40,988 nucleotides of DNA from Synergistaceae bacterium. GTDB taxonomy: Bacteria > Synergistota > Synergistia > Synergistales > Synergistaceae. The stretch is taken from assembly GCA_031290815.1 (NCBI GenBank), contig JAISLO010000006.1, forward strand, positions 1 through 40,988, in the 5' to 3' direction. Below are positions 1 to 10,151 of the stretch, piece by piece. The notes under the pieces were generated by a model. It was given only the letters and a program-made list of their open reading frames with translations, was not told the origin of the DNA and did no database searches. The number at the start of each line of letters is the position of its first letter. Position 1 is the stretch's first letter. Position numbers and translations under genes: made by a program.

Positions 1-979
1 TAACCTTCATATCCTTCAATAGTGTCATTATATCAAAGTTATCCGCCTTTTTTCCGGCTGGACAATTATTTATCACGGACATCCCCCATTCTTCGACGAA
101 CGCGGACACCTTGGGGTCGTAGGGAAACATGGCCACCTCGAGCCCGGCTTTCATGGACAGCACTGCAAAATGCAGCCTCATGCCCACTGCTATCGACGCA
201 TCCTTGGCCTCGTCCAAAAATTCAGAGGCGCTCCCGACGAGGCGGATTTTCGCCAGAGGGACTCCGCAGCGGTCCCTGATCTCCTCGATGGCTGATACAT
301 CCTCTCTGGCAAATGCAATTCCCCTCAGATCGAAGCCCATGTCAGCACACTTGCGCGCGGCCTCTGCAAGGACATCGGCGGCGCTGCTTCCGCCGCGAAT
401 GGGCCTCGCGTTGAGCAGAACAGTCTTTCCGGCATGATCGCGCGATGCCGTTATCTCCATTCCCATCACGATATCCGGCATCACGTCTGGCGACAAGCCT
501 AGTTCCTTCGATGCGTCAAGCGACGGCGTGTCCCTGACCGCAAGATATCTGCTCGATCTGAGCGCGTCGCGAGCAAGGGATTTCGTAACCGGCCTGGAGA
601 GCGGGCCTACGGATTGTCCCAGAGCCCACACGGAACACGAACACAGCCGAGCGATGCGGGCCAAGCCCCAATAATAAAGCGGGGAGCGGGCGCTCGTGGA
701 ATCCTGGAACAGACCGCCGCCGGCGAAGAGCAGGGACCTCGACCTGCGCAGCGCGGACATCACCGAACCCAGTTTCCATCGATTGAAGGCATTTATTCCA
801 AGCCTCAGCGATGAACATTCAGGATCGCCCGACAGGATCGCGATTCTGTCCGAGGACACCCCGCACTCGTTTAAAAAGGCCAGCGACGCCGAGGCGAGAA
901 GTTCGTCTCCAAGGTTTCCAAAACCAAAATAACCGGCCATGAGCACGTCAAACTCGCGCCTCCATGGAGAATCTCCCAT
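1..979 (-). CDS. csaB: Polysaccharide pyruvyl transferase CsaB; 3' end runs off the window, about 326 codons visible
   Basis: Missing from the ORF track because there is no stop inside the window. Manual minus-strand translation from the ATG at 979-977 is uninterrupted to position 2: MGDSPWRREFDVLMAGYFGFGNLGDELLASASLAFL..FAGGGLFQDSTSARSPLYYWGLARIA..WALGQSVGPL..YLAVRDTPS..GMRLHFAVLSMKAGLEVAMFPYDPKVSAFVEEWG. These match remembered CsaB hallmarks (GY[YF]GFGNxGDE, GGGxxQDxTSxxSxxYY, GQxxGP, RLH...YDPKV). The ATG overlaps the TGA of the upstream ORF (ATGA). Confidence 0.85.
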   Translation of the reverse strand, partial: MGDSPWRREFDVLMAGYFGFGNLGDELLASASLAFLNECGVSSDRIAILSGDPECSSLRLGINAFNRWKLGSVMSALRRSRSLLFAGGGLFQDSTSARSPLYYWGLARIARLCSCSVWALGQSVGPLSRPVTKSLARDALRSSRYLAVRDTPSLDASKELGLSPDVMPDIVMGMEITASRDHAGKTVLLNARPIRGGSSAADVLAEAARKCADMGFDLRGIAFAREDVSAIEEIRDRCGVPLAKIRLVGSASEFLDEAKDASIAVGMRLHFAVLSMKAGLEVAMFPYDPKVSAFVEEWGMSVINNCPAGKKADNFDIMTLLKDMKV

Positions 980-3057
980 CAATAAAAGATCTCCCTGCCG
1001 CCCCTTCTCCAGATCGGCCCGCCTATTCTGTCTATCAGGACGAGGGCTATGAAGCCGACGAGAATCCCCAGCCACCAACCGTTCACGACGCGGACCATCG
1101 TGAGGGGGAGCATGGTGTGAAAGTGGCAAAAGGTGTTTGCGGCCGAGGCGAAAGCCAGGCTTGAGCCCAATCTGAACACTTCCCTGAATCGCACTGCCCA
1201 GCCTCTTCTCACCAGAGCGTAATAAATTATCAGACACGGATAACCCACCAGGAATTCCTTGGTGCGAGGCCTGACCCAGAGCGCTCTCTCCAGCGCGTCT
1301 CGAAAGCGTATCTCCCACCCAGGAACAAACGACACGTTGTCGCTTCGAAGGGCGAGCACCATCGCGGCAGCGATCAACGCGCCAGCCAGCATCAGTTCGC
1401 CCCAGATCGGGGGCCTGACCATTATGTCGGCGAGGGATTCCGGGTGAACCCTGTTCTTTAAATCGTTGGCTAGTATCAGGACCGGAGGCAGCAGCAGCGT
1501 GAGCTTCACTCCTGAGAACGGTTCGATGCGAAGCATCGCCGCGGTCGAACCATATCCCGCCGCTATGCAAAGACCGCCGGCCGTGACTATGACGAGCCCG
1601 GCCAAGAGCCCCGCAAAGGGGCGTTCATAGTTGTCCAGCGACCTGATGGCAGCTTCCGTGGCTACGAACGCGGCGCAGAATCCCCCGAGAAACTTTGCGG
1701 CCGACGGCTCCCTCCAAAGCACAATCCCGAGGATGGCGGCAAAGATCACGAAAGCGCCGGCTTGGATAACGCTCACGAACGGTTTGCCGGCGCGGAAGTA
1801 CCTGCGGGCAAACGATGAAAAGCAGACGAGGAAAATGGTCGCCACAGCCATGGATCCGAGCTTGGACACGCGGAGCATCTCCAGCGGCTTGGGCCACCTG
1901 AAGGAGTAGCCTCTCTGCCTCAGTGCGTCGCAGATGCGCCCGACATCCTCGATGAAAACCGGCAGCTTCCCAGAGTTGTAGATATCATAAGGACGCACCA
2001 GCACGAGGCGAATCGATCTCTCGTGGACCGCCCTGACCATTCGCTCGACCACCTGATCCCTGCTCAGCCTTCGGGCTATCAGCTCGTCCCTCACCAGGCT
2101 GTGCAGTGGAATTACCTCTGGGAGCATGGCCCGAAACAGCTCGGCTGAGCCTATCTGACGCAAAAATTCGGCCTGCGCGACCGAAATCCCGTTCTCCTTC
2201 AATGTCCCGGCCAGGAGCCGTATGTTAGGATAGCCGGCCACTATCAGGCCCGACGGCATGACGCACGAAACAGACGTATATTTTTTTCCAAGCCAGGATA
2301 TGGCCGCCGCGGTGTGCTCGCTGTCGATTCCGGCCGCAGCCGCCGGCCGGTAGATCGCCCAAACATTAGCGCCCTCCGAGAACTCGAGCGCCGAAAAATC
2401 TGGCAGAATCCCCGAGTCGGCGATCTCGTCCACAGTGTATGGCAGCACCATCAACGTATGATCCACGCTAGTGCCCTGTGCCAGGACCGAGTATCTCTTC
2501 GCGTCCGGCATCTTCACTCTGATGTAATCGACGACATCGTTCCTCATCGGCTCAGACGAGTTGATCAGAACGCAGGCGCTGTCGAAAGGGTGCTCCAGTA
2601 TGGCGCGAAAGGAGGGCTGAAGACTGGCCAGTGGGCCATACTCAAGCGGAAGCACTCCAGAGGCGAGGTCCTTGCCGGTAAACTCGGCCACAGTTATGCC
2701 CCTCACCCCTTTTTGGGCCATTCGCCCGTAGATATCCCCCGGCAGGCTGCCGTCCTTCTTCGAGAGTGAGACGAGATCCCTGTAATCGGCGACCATCGCC
2801 ACAACTCTATGCCCCCACTCGGCGCGCAGTCTGTAAGCGAGGTCGGGACCGGCCATCAGCACTGACAAGGTCAGCATCACCCAGAAAAAAAGCTCGGCCG
2901 AACAGACGGGATGTTTAAACAGGCCAGTCCATAACCCGCCTCGTGAGAGGGCATCATCCTCGTCCTTAGTTCTACTTCTCTTTGTCTCGTGGCCGTCCGT
3001 TTTCTTATGTTCTTCATCCCGATTGCCGGGCATCCGCTTCCACCCCCAGTCCCGCAC
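979..3057 (-). CDS. Large polytopic membrane protein, DUF5693-like, translationally coupled to csaB. It has an N-terminal TM helix, a soluble domain of roughly 350 aa, and a C-terminal multi-TM domain.
   Basis: 692-aa ORF. Charged N-terminus (KKTDGHETKRSRTKDEDD), then TM helix ELFFWVMLTLSVLMAG, then many hydrophobic helices in the C-terminal 300 aa. Its stop overlaps the csaB start. The DUF5693 name is from memory of csaB-adjacent genes and is not verified. A start at M9 (3033) has the better SD (GGGGGTGGA). Confidence 0.75.
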   Translation of the reverse strand: MRDWGWKRMPGNRDEEHKKTDGHETKRSRTKDEDDALSRGGLWTGLFKHPVCSAELFFWVMLTLSVLMAGPDLAYRLRAEWGHRVVAMVADYRDLVSLSKKDGSLPGDIYGRMAQKGVRGITVAEFTGKDLASGVLPLEYGPLASLQPSFRAILEHPFDSACVLINSSEPMRNDVVDYIRVKMPDAKRYSVLAQGTSVDHTLMVLPYTVDEIADSGILPDFSALEFSEGANVWAIYRPAAAAGIDSEHTAAAISWLGKKYTSVSCVMPSGLIVAGYPNIRLLAGTLKENGISVAQAEFLRQIGSAELFRAMLPEVIPLHSLVRDELIARRLSRDQVVERMVRAVHERSIRLVLVRPYDIYNSGKLPVFIEDVGRICDALRQRGYSFRWPKPLEMLRVSKLGSMAVATIFLVCFSSFARRYFRAGKPFVSVIQAGAFVIFAAILGIVLWREPSAAKFLGGFCAAFVATEAAIRSLDNYERPFAGLLAGLVIVTAGGLCIAAGYGSTAAMLRIEPFSGVKLTLLLPPVLILANDLKNRVHPESLADIMVRPPIWGELMLAGALIAAAMVLALRSDNVSFVPGWEIRFRDALERALWVRPRTKEFLVGYPCLIIYYALVRRGWAVRFREVFRLGSSLAFASAANTFCHFHTMLPLTMVRVVNGWWLGILVGFIALVLIDRIGGPIWRRGGREIFY

Positions 3058-3337
3058 TGATTGCGGAAGTTATAATAACATGAAAAAAGACAAGCGGCGT
3101 ATAGAACAAAGAAATTACGGGATACTTTGACCAGATGAAAGCGAATGTCTCCAAGCATAAAGCGCTTAGTTACGGTCATGCCTGTAAATTGGAAACGCAA
3201 TTGAAGGAGGAAATAGAGCAGCTATTAGCGCGAAGCCGCACTGTGGATGAAAAAGAGAGGCTTGAAGGCGGATGGGCTGTTTACGTCCGACAGGCTTCTA
3301 GCCTCGTCCTCCTGATTCGCGATGCGTGTCAAAAATG

Positions 3338-4372
3338 TCAAAAATTCTTCAGCTCGAAGGATGCCCTGTACGCGAACAGCCTGTAGTGTCTGGCCTCCGG
3401 CGGGATGGTTGCCGCGTATTGCTCTGGCCACCCCTGTGGAGCCGTTTTACTGATTTCGTAGTCATATCTCTTATTGCCCCTGGTTATCAGGAAAACTCTG
3501 AGAAGGTTGTACGATGGAGCAACAATCTCGAATCTGGCGTCTATGACGCCTATTACCTTGGGCTGCGCTCCGCTGCCGACGTGATTGTTTGAAAAGAGCG
3601 CGAAGTCGTTTTTGTAGGCTGCGGCCCAGCACTCCATGGCGCGTACGGCGCACATCTCGTCGTTCTCAGGAATAAACAGCTCCTTGGAACTGTCGGACAA
3701 CGGATTGACAAAACCAAGTGAAAACGTCGTCTCCTTGGCGCTCCTCTGCGGAGGAGCCACGAGCCAAAACGGACAGCTCACCGGCAGAGCCGCGCCAAAG
3801 ACGACCCAGTTTTTTGTCGAACTTGGCCCCGTTCTGTGATTCGCCGCCTCAGTCGCGTCAAATTTTCCATCAGTCGGGATGAGAGCGCTGCTCCCTGAGA
3901 CAACCGTTCCCCGTTTTGTCCTGATCCTCGTTGGAATGGCGTAAACAAGCCTACAGACTGCGTTCTTCCGCGAGTTCCCCGCCGACGTGAAATCCGTCAC
4001 GCTCGCCGGTCCTGCCCAGTTGAACGGGCTCGCTGCGATGTTTTTGAACGCCCGCGCGAACTTCTCGCTCTCCTTGGGCATTCCGTAACCGCAATGAGCC
4101 GTCGGGAGTTTGAGTATGGCGAAGACATTCTCCGCCCTGTCCAGGGACGAGCGTCTGTCGATCGTGGTGTTGGCGATGGAGGCGAGGAAACAGAGACACG
4201 TCACGATGGCCGCGGCCATTATGGATGTCACGAGCGAGGTTATCGATACCTCCAACAGGGTAAAACCGCGTCGCTTCTTTTTACAGCATCGTTTGACATT
4301 CGCATGAAAGGTTGATAGCACAGCGCTCACATCCGTCGATTGTTCTGTCATGACGCCCGCGCGGCAATCCAA
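3338..4372 (-). CDS. Prepilin-type N-terminal cleavage/methylation domain protein (large pilin/pseudopilin-like)
   Basis: 344-aa ORF containing KKKRRG|FTLLEVSITSLVTSIMAAAIV. This is the class III signal (G/FTLLE with Glu at +5) followed by a hydrophobic helix of about 20 aa. The leader is 36-43 aa from the ATG starts; an in-frame GTG (VLSTFHANVK..) would give about 18 aa. Confidence 0.75.
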   Translation of the reverse strand: MDCRAGVMTEQSTDVSAVLSTFHANVKRCCKKKRRGFTLLEVSITSLVTSIMAAAIVTCLCFLASIANTTIDRRSSLDRAENVFAILKLPTAHCGYGMPKESEKFARAFKNIAASPFNWAGPASVTDFTSAGNSRKNAVCRLVYAIPTRIRTKRGTVVSGSSALIPTDGKFDATEAANHRTGPSSTKNWVVFGAALPVSCPFWLVAPPQRSAKETTFSLGFVNPLSDSSKELFIPENDEMCAVRAMECWAAAYKNDFALFSNNHVGSGAQPKVIGVIDARFEIVAPSYNLLRVFLITRGNKRYDYEISKTAPQGWPEQYAATIPPEARHYRLFAYRASFELKNF

Positions 4373-4592
4373 GCAACAACTAACCGACGTCGTTCAAGCG
4401 TGACGCCGTTACGAAGGATGGCCGCGCCGAGCGTTATTCGGCTTACTGCCGCTCAAAAATTATATATTGTGCATCGAATGTGAATTATACGCAGGTAAAA
4501 CTTTTTATCATGCGCAAAACTACGTAGAATTTAATGTATAACTCGCCAATTACAGAAAGATAAGTTGTTACAATGCGGCGTATTCGATTGAA

Positions 4593-5806
4593 TCACTCAT
4601 ACTTCAACGCGTCTATGGGGTTCAGCAGTGAGGCCTTCCATGCCGGGTAGAAGCCGAATCCAACGCCAACGAGGGCGGAGAACGCAAACGCGAGCGCGAC
4701 TGATTCCACACCGAATATGGGAGGGCTCTGCATGATTTTGGATAAGCCGATACCGGCCGCCGTTCCCAACAGTATGCCCAGCACGCCGCCGATGAGGGAC
4801 AGCGTCAACGCCTCTATCAAGAATTGAAGGCGGATGTCGCCCGATTTCGCGCCGACCGCCATTCTGATCCCTATCTCCCTTGTGCGCTCCGTCACGGACA
4901 CCAGCATTATGTTCATTATGCCTATGCCTCCCACGAGGAGCGATATGGCGGCTATCGCGCCAAGGAGCAGGGACATCGTCTGAGTCGCCCTCCGCCTGAC
5001 GTCTAGAATCTGGCTCACGTTCATCACCATGAAGTCGTTCGGCCTGTCAGGGCGTATGCGGTGGCGTTCGCGCAGCAGATCGTTGATTTGAATTTCGAGA
5101 TAGTCGAGCGCCTTCATCGACACGCCCTTGACCATTATCGCTCCGACCCTCCCGGTGTTCGCGTTTCGAGTGAGGCGACGCTGGGCCGTGGTGATCGGAA
5201 CCAAGATGAAGTCATCCTGATCGTACCCGCCCATCAAGCTCCCCTTCGACGCGAAAACCCCAACGACGGTGAAGGGGACCGTGCGAATCCTGATGACCTT
5301 GCCAACCGGGTTCTCTCCGTCGAACAGTTTGTCCGCGACGGTACGTCCAAGCACGCAGACCTTTGATCCAGCCCGGATGTCGCCGTCCATCAGGTCTCTG
5401 CCGGACTCGATCCGCCACTCCCTGACGACTGAGAATCCTGGGGTGCTGCCGCTGATCTCGGCGCTCCAGTTTGCGTTGCCATAAATCGCTTGAGCGGTCG
5501 TTTCGACGAGCGGAGCCACTGCCATGACCCCCGAACACTCCCTGTCTATCGCCTCCGCGTCAGACACCGTGAGGTAACGCGGGTTGGAGTACGAGCCGAC
5601 CGAGCTCCTGTCCGGCAGCACGTACATGAAATTGCTGCCGAGCATTGATATCTGCTTGTCTATGACGCTGTTGGCGCCCTGGCCGACCGCGAATGCCGCT
5701 ATCACGGCTCCTACGCCTATTATGATGCCCAGCGTGGTCAGGAACGACCGCATCTTGTTGGCCAGGAGAGCCCTCCCCGAAACCTTGATTATCTCCGCAG
5801 TCGATA

Positions 5807-5810
<4 letters not shown>
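4593..5810 (-). CDS. ABC transporter permease, MacB/FtsX family (4 TM with a large periplasmic domain)
   Basis: 405 aa. N-terminal TM (FLTTLGIIIGVGAVIA), a periplasmic domain of about 220 aa, and a C-terminal FtsX-type 3-TM bundle (ERTREIGIRMAVGA motif). Overlaps the upstream ATPase gene by 4 nt. Confidence 0.92.
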
Positions 5811-6517
<707 letters not shown>

Positions 6518-6538
6518 GAGAATTCTCCCGTCACGCTG

Positions 6539-7765
6539 TCATTCGATAGGGATGTCGATCCCAATTATTATCTCCGTTCCGGGTTCTAGGCCGGAGGTTA
6601 TCTCCGTGTCCTTCCCGTCGGTGATGCCGGTCTCGACCTCTATTTTCAACGGGACGCCGTCTTTGAGCCCATATACCGCCGGTTTTCTCGAAAAGCCCTC
6701 ATCCTCGGCCGTTTCGTCTCCCCCTCCGCCGCCTCGCCTTCTCATTCCAGGACCTCCCGACGCCGGCGTCGAAGCGTTCTTTTCGTCGGTGAGCGGACGA
6801 AAGCGCAGGGATGCGTTCGGGACTTTTACCACGCCGGCCTTTTCCTCCACTATAAGGGTGACGTTGGCCGTCATGCCTGGGATGAGGTTATGTCCCTCGA
6901 TTTGTTCGTTCAGGAAGGACACGATCGCCTTATACGATATTACGTTGTTCTCCGTCGTAGGTGAAAGGCGTATCTGCGTGACCGTCCCGCTGAACTTTCT
7001 CTCGGGAAAAGCGTCGACGTTGAATTCTACCGCCTGTCCCTTGCTGACGCTGCCGATGTCGGCCTCGTCGATGTTCACCTCGACCTGCATTCGCGACAGA
7101 TCTTCGGCTATCTCGGCGATAGTCGGCGTGTTGAAGCTCGCCGCCACCGTCTGGCCGACGTTCACGTTTTTAGTGACCACCACGCCGTCGACCGGCGAGT
7201 ATATGCGGGTGTAGTCCAACTGGAGCTTGGCGTTCTTTACGGCCGCCAACTGGGCGGTAACCCTCGCCCGGGCTGACGAAAGCCTGGCCTTTGACGTCTG
7301 GAGCGAGGTCTCGTCAGCATCGAGCTCGGACCTCGCTATCAGATCCTTGGAGTACAGCTCTTGCGACCTGCGAAGTTTGTCCCGCGAATGTTTGAGGTTG
7401 GCCTCAGCCTCGGCGACGTCGGCCTCGATCGCCAGAAGCGACGCCCTGGCCTGTTCCAGCCCGGCTTCGTGGGGCTCCGGGTCTATGATGGCGATCAACT
7501 GTCCCTTCCTCACGACGCTGTTGTAGTCGACATACAGCTCCTTCAAAGTTCCGGAGATCTGTGTGCCGACGCTTATCATGGAGACGGCCTGCACCTTTCC
7601 GGTGGCGAGGATTACGGACCTCATGTCCCCTCGCTTGGCGGCGGCCGTTATATATTCGATCGGCGGCTCCTTCGACGAGTCGACGTACAGCCATGCTCCG
7701 CCGCTCAGAAGCCCGGCTAGAACCAGAAATATCAGAATCCGCCTCAGCGCCTTGCCCTTCTTCAT
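6539..7765 (-). CDS. Efflux periplasmic adaptor (membrane fusion protein, MacA/HlyD family)
   Basis: 408 aa. Signal/anchor helix, lipoyl-like segment, long coiled-coil hairpin (EADVAEAEANL..ARVTAQLAAVKNAKLQLDYTRIYSPVDGVV) and beta-barrel domains. Contains a Gly/Arg-rich insert, GGPGMRRRGGGGGDE. Confidence 0.9.
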   Translation of the reverse strand: MKKGKALRRILIFLVLAGLLSGGAWLYVDSSKEPPIEYITAAAKRGDMRSVILATGKVQAVSMISVGTQISGTLKELYVDYNSVVRKGQLIAIIDPEPHEAGLEQARASLLAIEADVAEAEANLKHSRDKLRRSQELYSKDLIARSELDADETSLQTSKARLSSARARVTAQLAAVKNAKLQLDYTRIYSPVDGVVVTKNVNVGQTVAASFNTPTIAEIAEDLSRMQVEVNIDEADIGSVSKGQAVEFNVDAFPERKFSGTVTQIRLSPTTENNVISYKAIVSFLNEQIEGHNLIPGMTANVTLIVEEKAGVVKVPNASLRFRPLTDEKNASTPASGGPGMRRRGGGGGDETAEDEGFSRKPAVYGLKDGVPLKIEVETGITDGKDTEITSGLEPGTEIIIGIDIPIE

Positions 7766-9120
7766 CGAAGCATACCTCCAATCGCCCTGAGAAGATCGAC
7801 CTCAGCTGCGTTCTTGTTGTAAAGGGCGTTTGCGGCGCTCATGCGGGCCCTTGCGTATCCGTCGACGGCGTCCGAAATCTCTAGGGACTCTCCAACCCCG
7901 GCGGTGTAACGGCCCTCGGCCAGCCTGAGGGTTTCGAGCGCTTGCTTCTCCGCCTCCCTCGCCGCTGCGACCGACTCCCTTGCCTCCTCCAAAGACGTAC
8001 AGGCTGTGCGAACCTGCGAGATTATGTTCTGCCTGACGCTCTCTCCGCTGGCCCTGGCGCCTTCGAGATCGGCTTCGGCCTGCCTCACCCGCGTTCTAGT
8101 CTCCCCTCCATCCGTGACGGGGATGGAGATGCCCACCGACAGACGCCAGCCCTTTCTGTCAATCGGGTTGTTCTCGCCGGAGTATGTATACCCCGCGTTT
8201 CCGGTCACCGTTGGGGACATTCCTTTTTTGGCAAGCGCCAGGTTGGTCTCGGCCGCGTCTATGCGGATGTTCTGCGCCCTGTACTCGTCCCGGTTCCGCA
8301 TGGCCGTCTCGATCGCCTCGTCTACGCTGACGTCCAGATTCAGAAAACCGGCATCCAGCATGTCCTTGACGTTTCCCGCAGGCATATCCGGGACGCCGGC
8401 AGCATACGCCAGGTTGGACTCGGCCTTTCTGAGCGTCCCCTCCGCGGTCACGAGATCCAGCTTTGCGTTTGCGAGGTCCGTCTTAGCCTTCGTCACCTCT
8501 ATCTTGGCCTTCGCCCCGGCCTTGTAGAAGTCCGTGGCCCATTCGAGCCGTCTTTCATAGTTTCGAAGCCTCTCTTTGGCGATAGCGAGCGTCCTGTCCC
8601 CGCAGTTCAGGGAGAAGTATGCCTTGATCACGTCCCTGATCACATCCTGCTCCGATGCCGACTCGTCGGACTGCCGAGCCTCCAGCTCCTGCCGCGCCGC
8701 CTGGATGGACAGATTGGTCCGGTTCCAGTCGAAGATCGTCTGGGAGAGCGTGATATCGGTGTTTATCGAGCCGGCCTCTCCGCCGCCCTCATTGTATGAT
8801 CTGGCGTAGGACGACGAAACCCGAACCTGGGGCCGCGTCTGGGCGGCCGTCCCATCGACCCTGAAGCCCTGCGACTCGACTCCGCTGCGCGCCTCCCTCA
8901 AACGGGGATGCGCCTCCAGAGCCAACTCTATACAGCGGTCTATCGTGATGACCCCGTTTGGGTTGACATCGCCGGACAACTCGCCGGCAAGGGCCGGTCC
9001 GCATATCACCGAGGCGAGCAGCGATGCCGCAAGGGCCGAACGTATGAGCGTGATATTTTTTTTCAAAGAGATCCAACACCCTCCAAGCGGAATTCGGCGC
9101 AAATCCACCCCATGTTTCAA
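7762..9120 (-). CDS. TolC-family outer membrane efflux protein
   Basis: 452 aa with the typical TolC two-repeat coiled-coil/beta pattern (LTLSQTIFDW, NLALAKKGMSPTVTG). The likely true start is the TTG at 9066, giving MKKNITLIRSALAASLLASVICGPALAGE with a signal peptide. First gene of a 4-gene operon with overlapping stops and starts. Confidence 0.9.
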   Translation of the reverse strand: MKHGVDLRRIPLGGCWISLKKNITLIRSALAASLLASVICGPALAGELSGDVNPNGVITIDRCIELALEAHPRLREARSGVESQGFRVDGTAAQTRPQVRVSSSYARSYNEGGGEAGSINTDITLSQTIFDWNRTNLSIQAARQELEARQSDESASEQDVIRDVIKAYFSLNCGDRTLAIAKERLRNYERRLEWATDFYKAGAKAKIEVTKAKTDLANAKLDLVTAEGTLRKAESNLAYAAGVPDMPAGNVKDMLDAGFLNLDVSVDEAIETAMRNRDEYRAQNIRIDAAETNLALAKKGMSPTVTGNAGYTYSGENNPIDRKGWRLSVGISIPVTDGGETRTRVRQAEADLEGARASGESVRQNIISQVRTACTSLEEARESVAAAREAEKQALETLRLAEGRYTAGVGESLEISDAVDGYARARMSAANALYNKNAAEVDLLRAIGGMLR

Positions 9121-9482
9121 GGGGCATGATAAATCAAACCAACTATATTATCATCGTATCTTTTGCCACACATTGCATTGTATAAATACGTCAGAAATAA
9201 GATATTATATGTTAAATTGAAGCTGTTCAGCTGAAAACGAAAGAGTTTGACGCTATATCTCTTTATTCTCAAAGTGGACTCCGCCAGATTCAGGCGCCCG
9301 CTTGTTCGGGCCTTTGCGGCTCTCCGCCATGCCGTATATAATATCACTTGAACGCCGGCCCGCGAGGCGGGAATAGACCGCGACCCTGTCTTTTGTATAA
9401 ATGTGCGATTTCAAGGCTCGCGGCTCGTGTATGATACTCTGAAGGCTAAACAAAAACAATTATAAAACTCGGAGGTCGCCAA

Positions 9483-10151
9483 ATGACAATACGCATCCTC
9501 ATCGCGGACGATCACCCGCTGACCAGGTCGGGGCTCGCCGAATGGATCAAGAGGAACGCCAATTTCTCGCTTACCGCGGAGGTCGAGGATGGGATCGAGG
9601 CCTGGAGGAGCATCCAGGAGTCTCAGCCGGATGTAGCCCTCCTCGACATACAAATGCCGGGCGAGAACGGGATCGCGGTGGCGCAGAGGATAAAGGAAGC
9701 ATCGATTCCAACCAGGGCGATAATGCTGACCTCTTTCAACGCGCAGCCGTATGTGATGGCCTCGCTCAGGGCCGGGGCAAGGGGTTTTGTGCTCAAGACG
9801 ACCGCGGTCAGGGAGCTCGACGTGGCCGTGAAACAGGTGATGGACGGCGGATTTTATCTCGACTCGAAGGTGGCGGGAGTGCTCGGCGACAGGGACTCCA
9901 TGCCCGAACCGCTCTCAGCCCGCGAGCGAGAGGTCCTGCTGATCATGTCGAAGGGATTTTCGATAAAGGAGATCGCCGCGAAGCTGTGTATTACCGAACG
10001 AACGGTCCAGGCTCATCTGACGTCCGTTTACTCCAAGTTTTGCTGCAGGGGAAAGGGAGAAGCGCTTCTCGTCGCCCTCAAGTTCGGGATAATAACTCTG
10101 GATGAGCTCCTGGAGGGCACGTCTCTGGACGAGGCCGGCAATCAGTGCTGA
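9483..10151 (+). CDS. Two-component response regulator, NarL/LuxR family (REC + LuxR HTH)
   Basis: 222 aa. IRILIADDHPL..., phospho-acceptor context ALLDIQMPGENG, C-terminal LSAREREVLLIMSKGFSIKEIAAKLCITERTVQAHL. SD GGAGG lies 8 nt upstream. Confidence 0.93.
   Translation: MTIRILIADDHPLTRSGLAEWIKRNANFSLTAEVEDGIEAWRSIQESQPDVALLDIQMPGENGIAVAQRIKEASIPTRAIMLTSFNAQPYVMASLRAGARGFVLKTTAVRELDVAVKQVMDGGFYLDSKVAGVLGDRDSMPEPLSAREREVLLIMSKGFSIKEIAAKLCITERTVQAHLTSVYSKFCCRGKGEALLVALKFGIITLDELLEGTSLDEAGNQC

Noticed and set aside
3135-3386. 83-aa plus-strand ORF in the spacer between the prepilin-like and DUF5693-like genes; also a tandem TGTCAAAAA x2 at 3327-3344
   Set aside because: It has no SD, and its 3' part overlaps the prepilin-like gene convergently. 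The 9-mer duplication straddles that gene's stop codon and is too short to interpret.
9117-9459. Two minus-strand ORFs of 68-76 aa in the tolC/regulator divergent region
   Set aside because: AT-rich promoter region. No SD, and the composition is unlike neighbouring genes.
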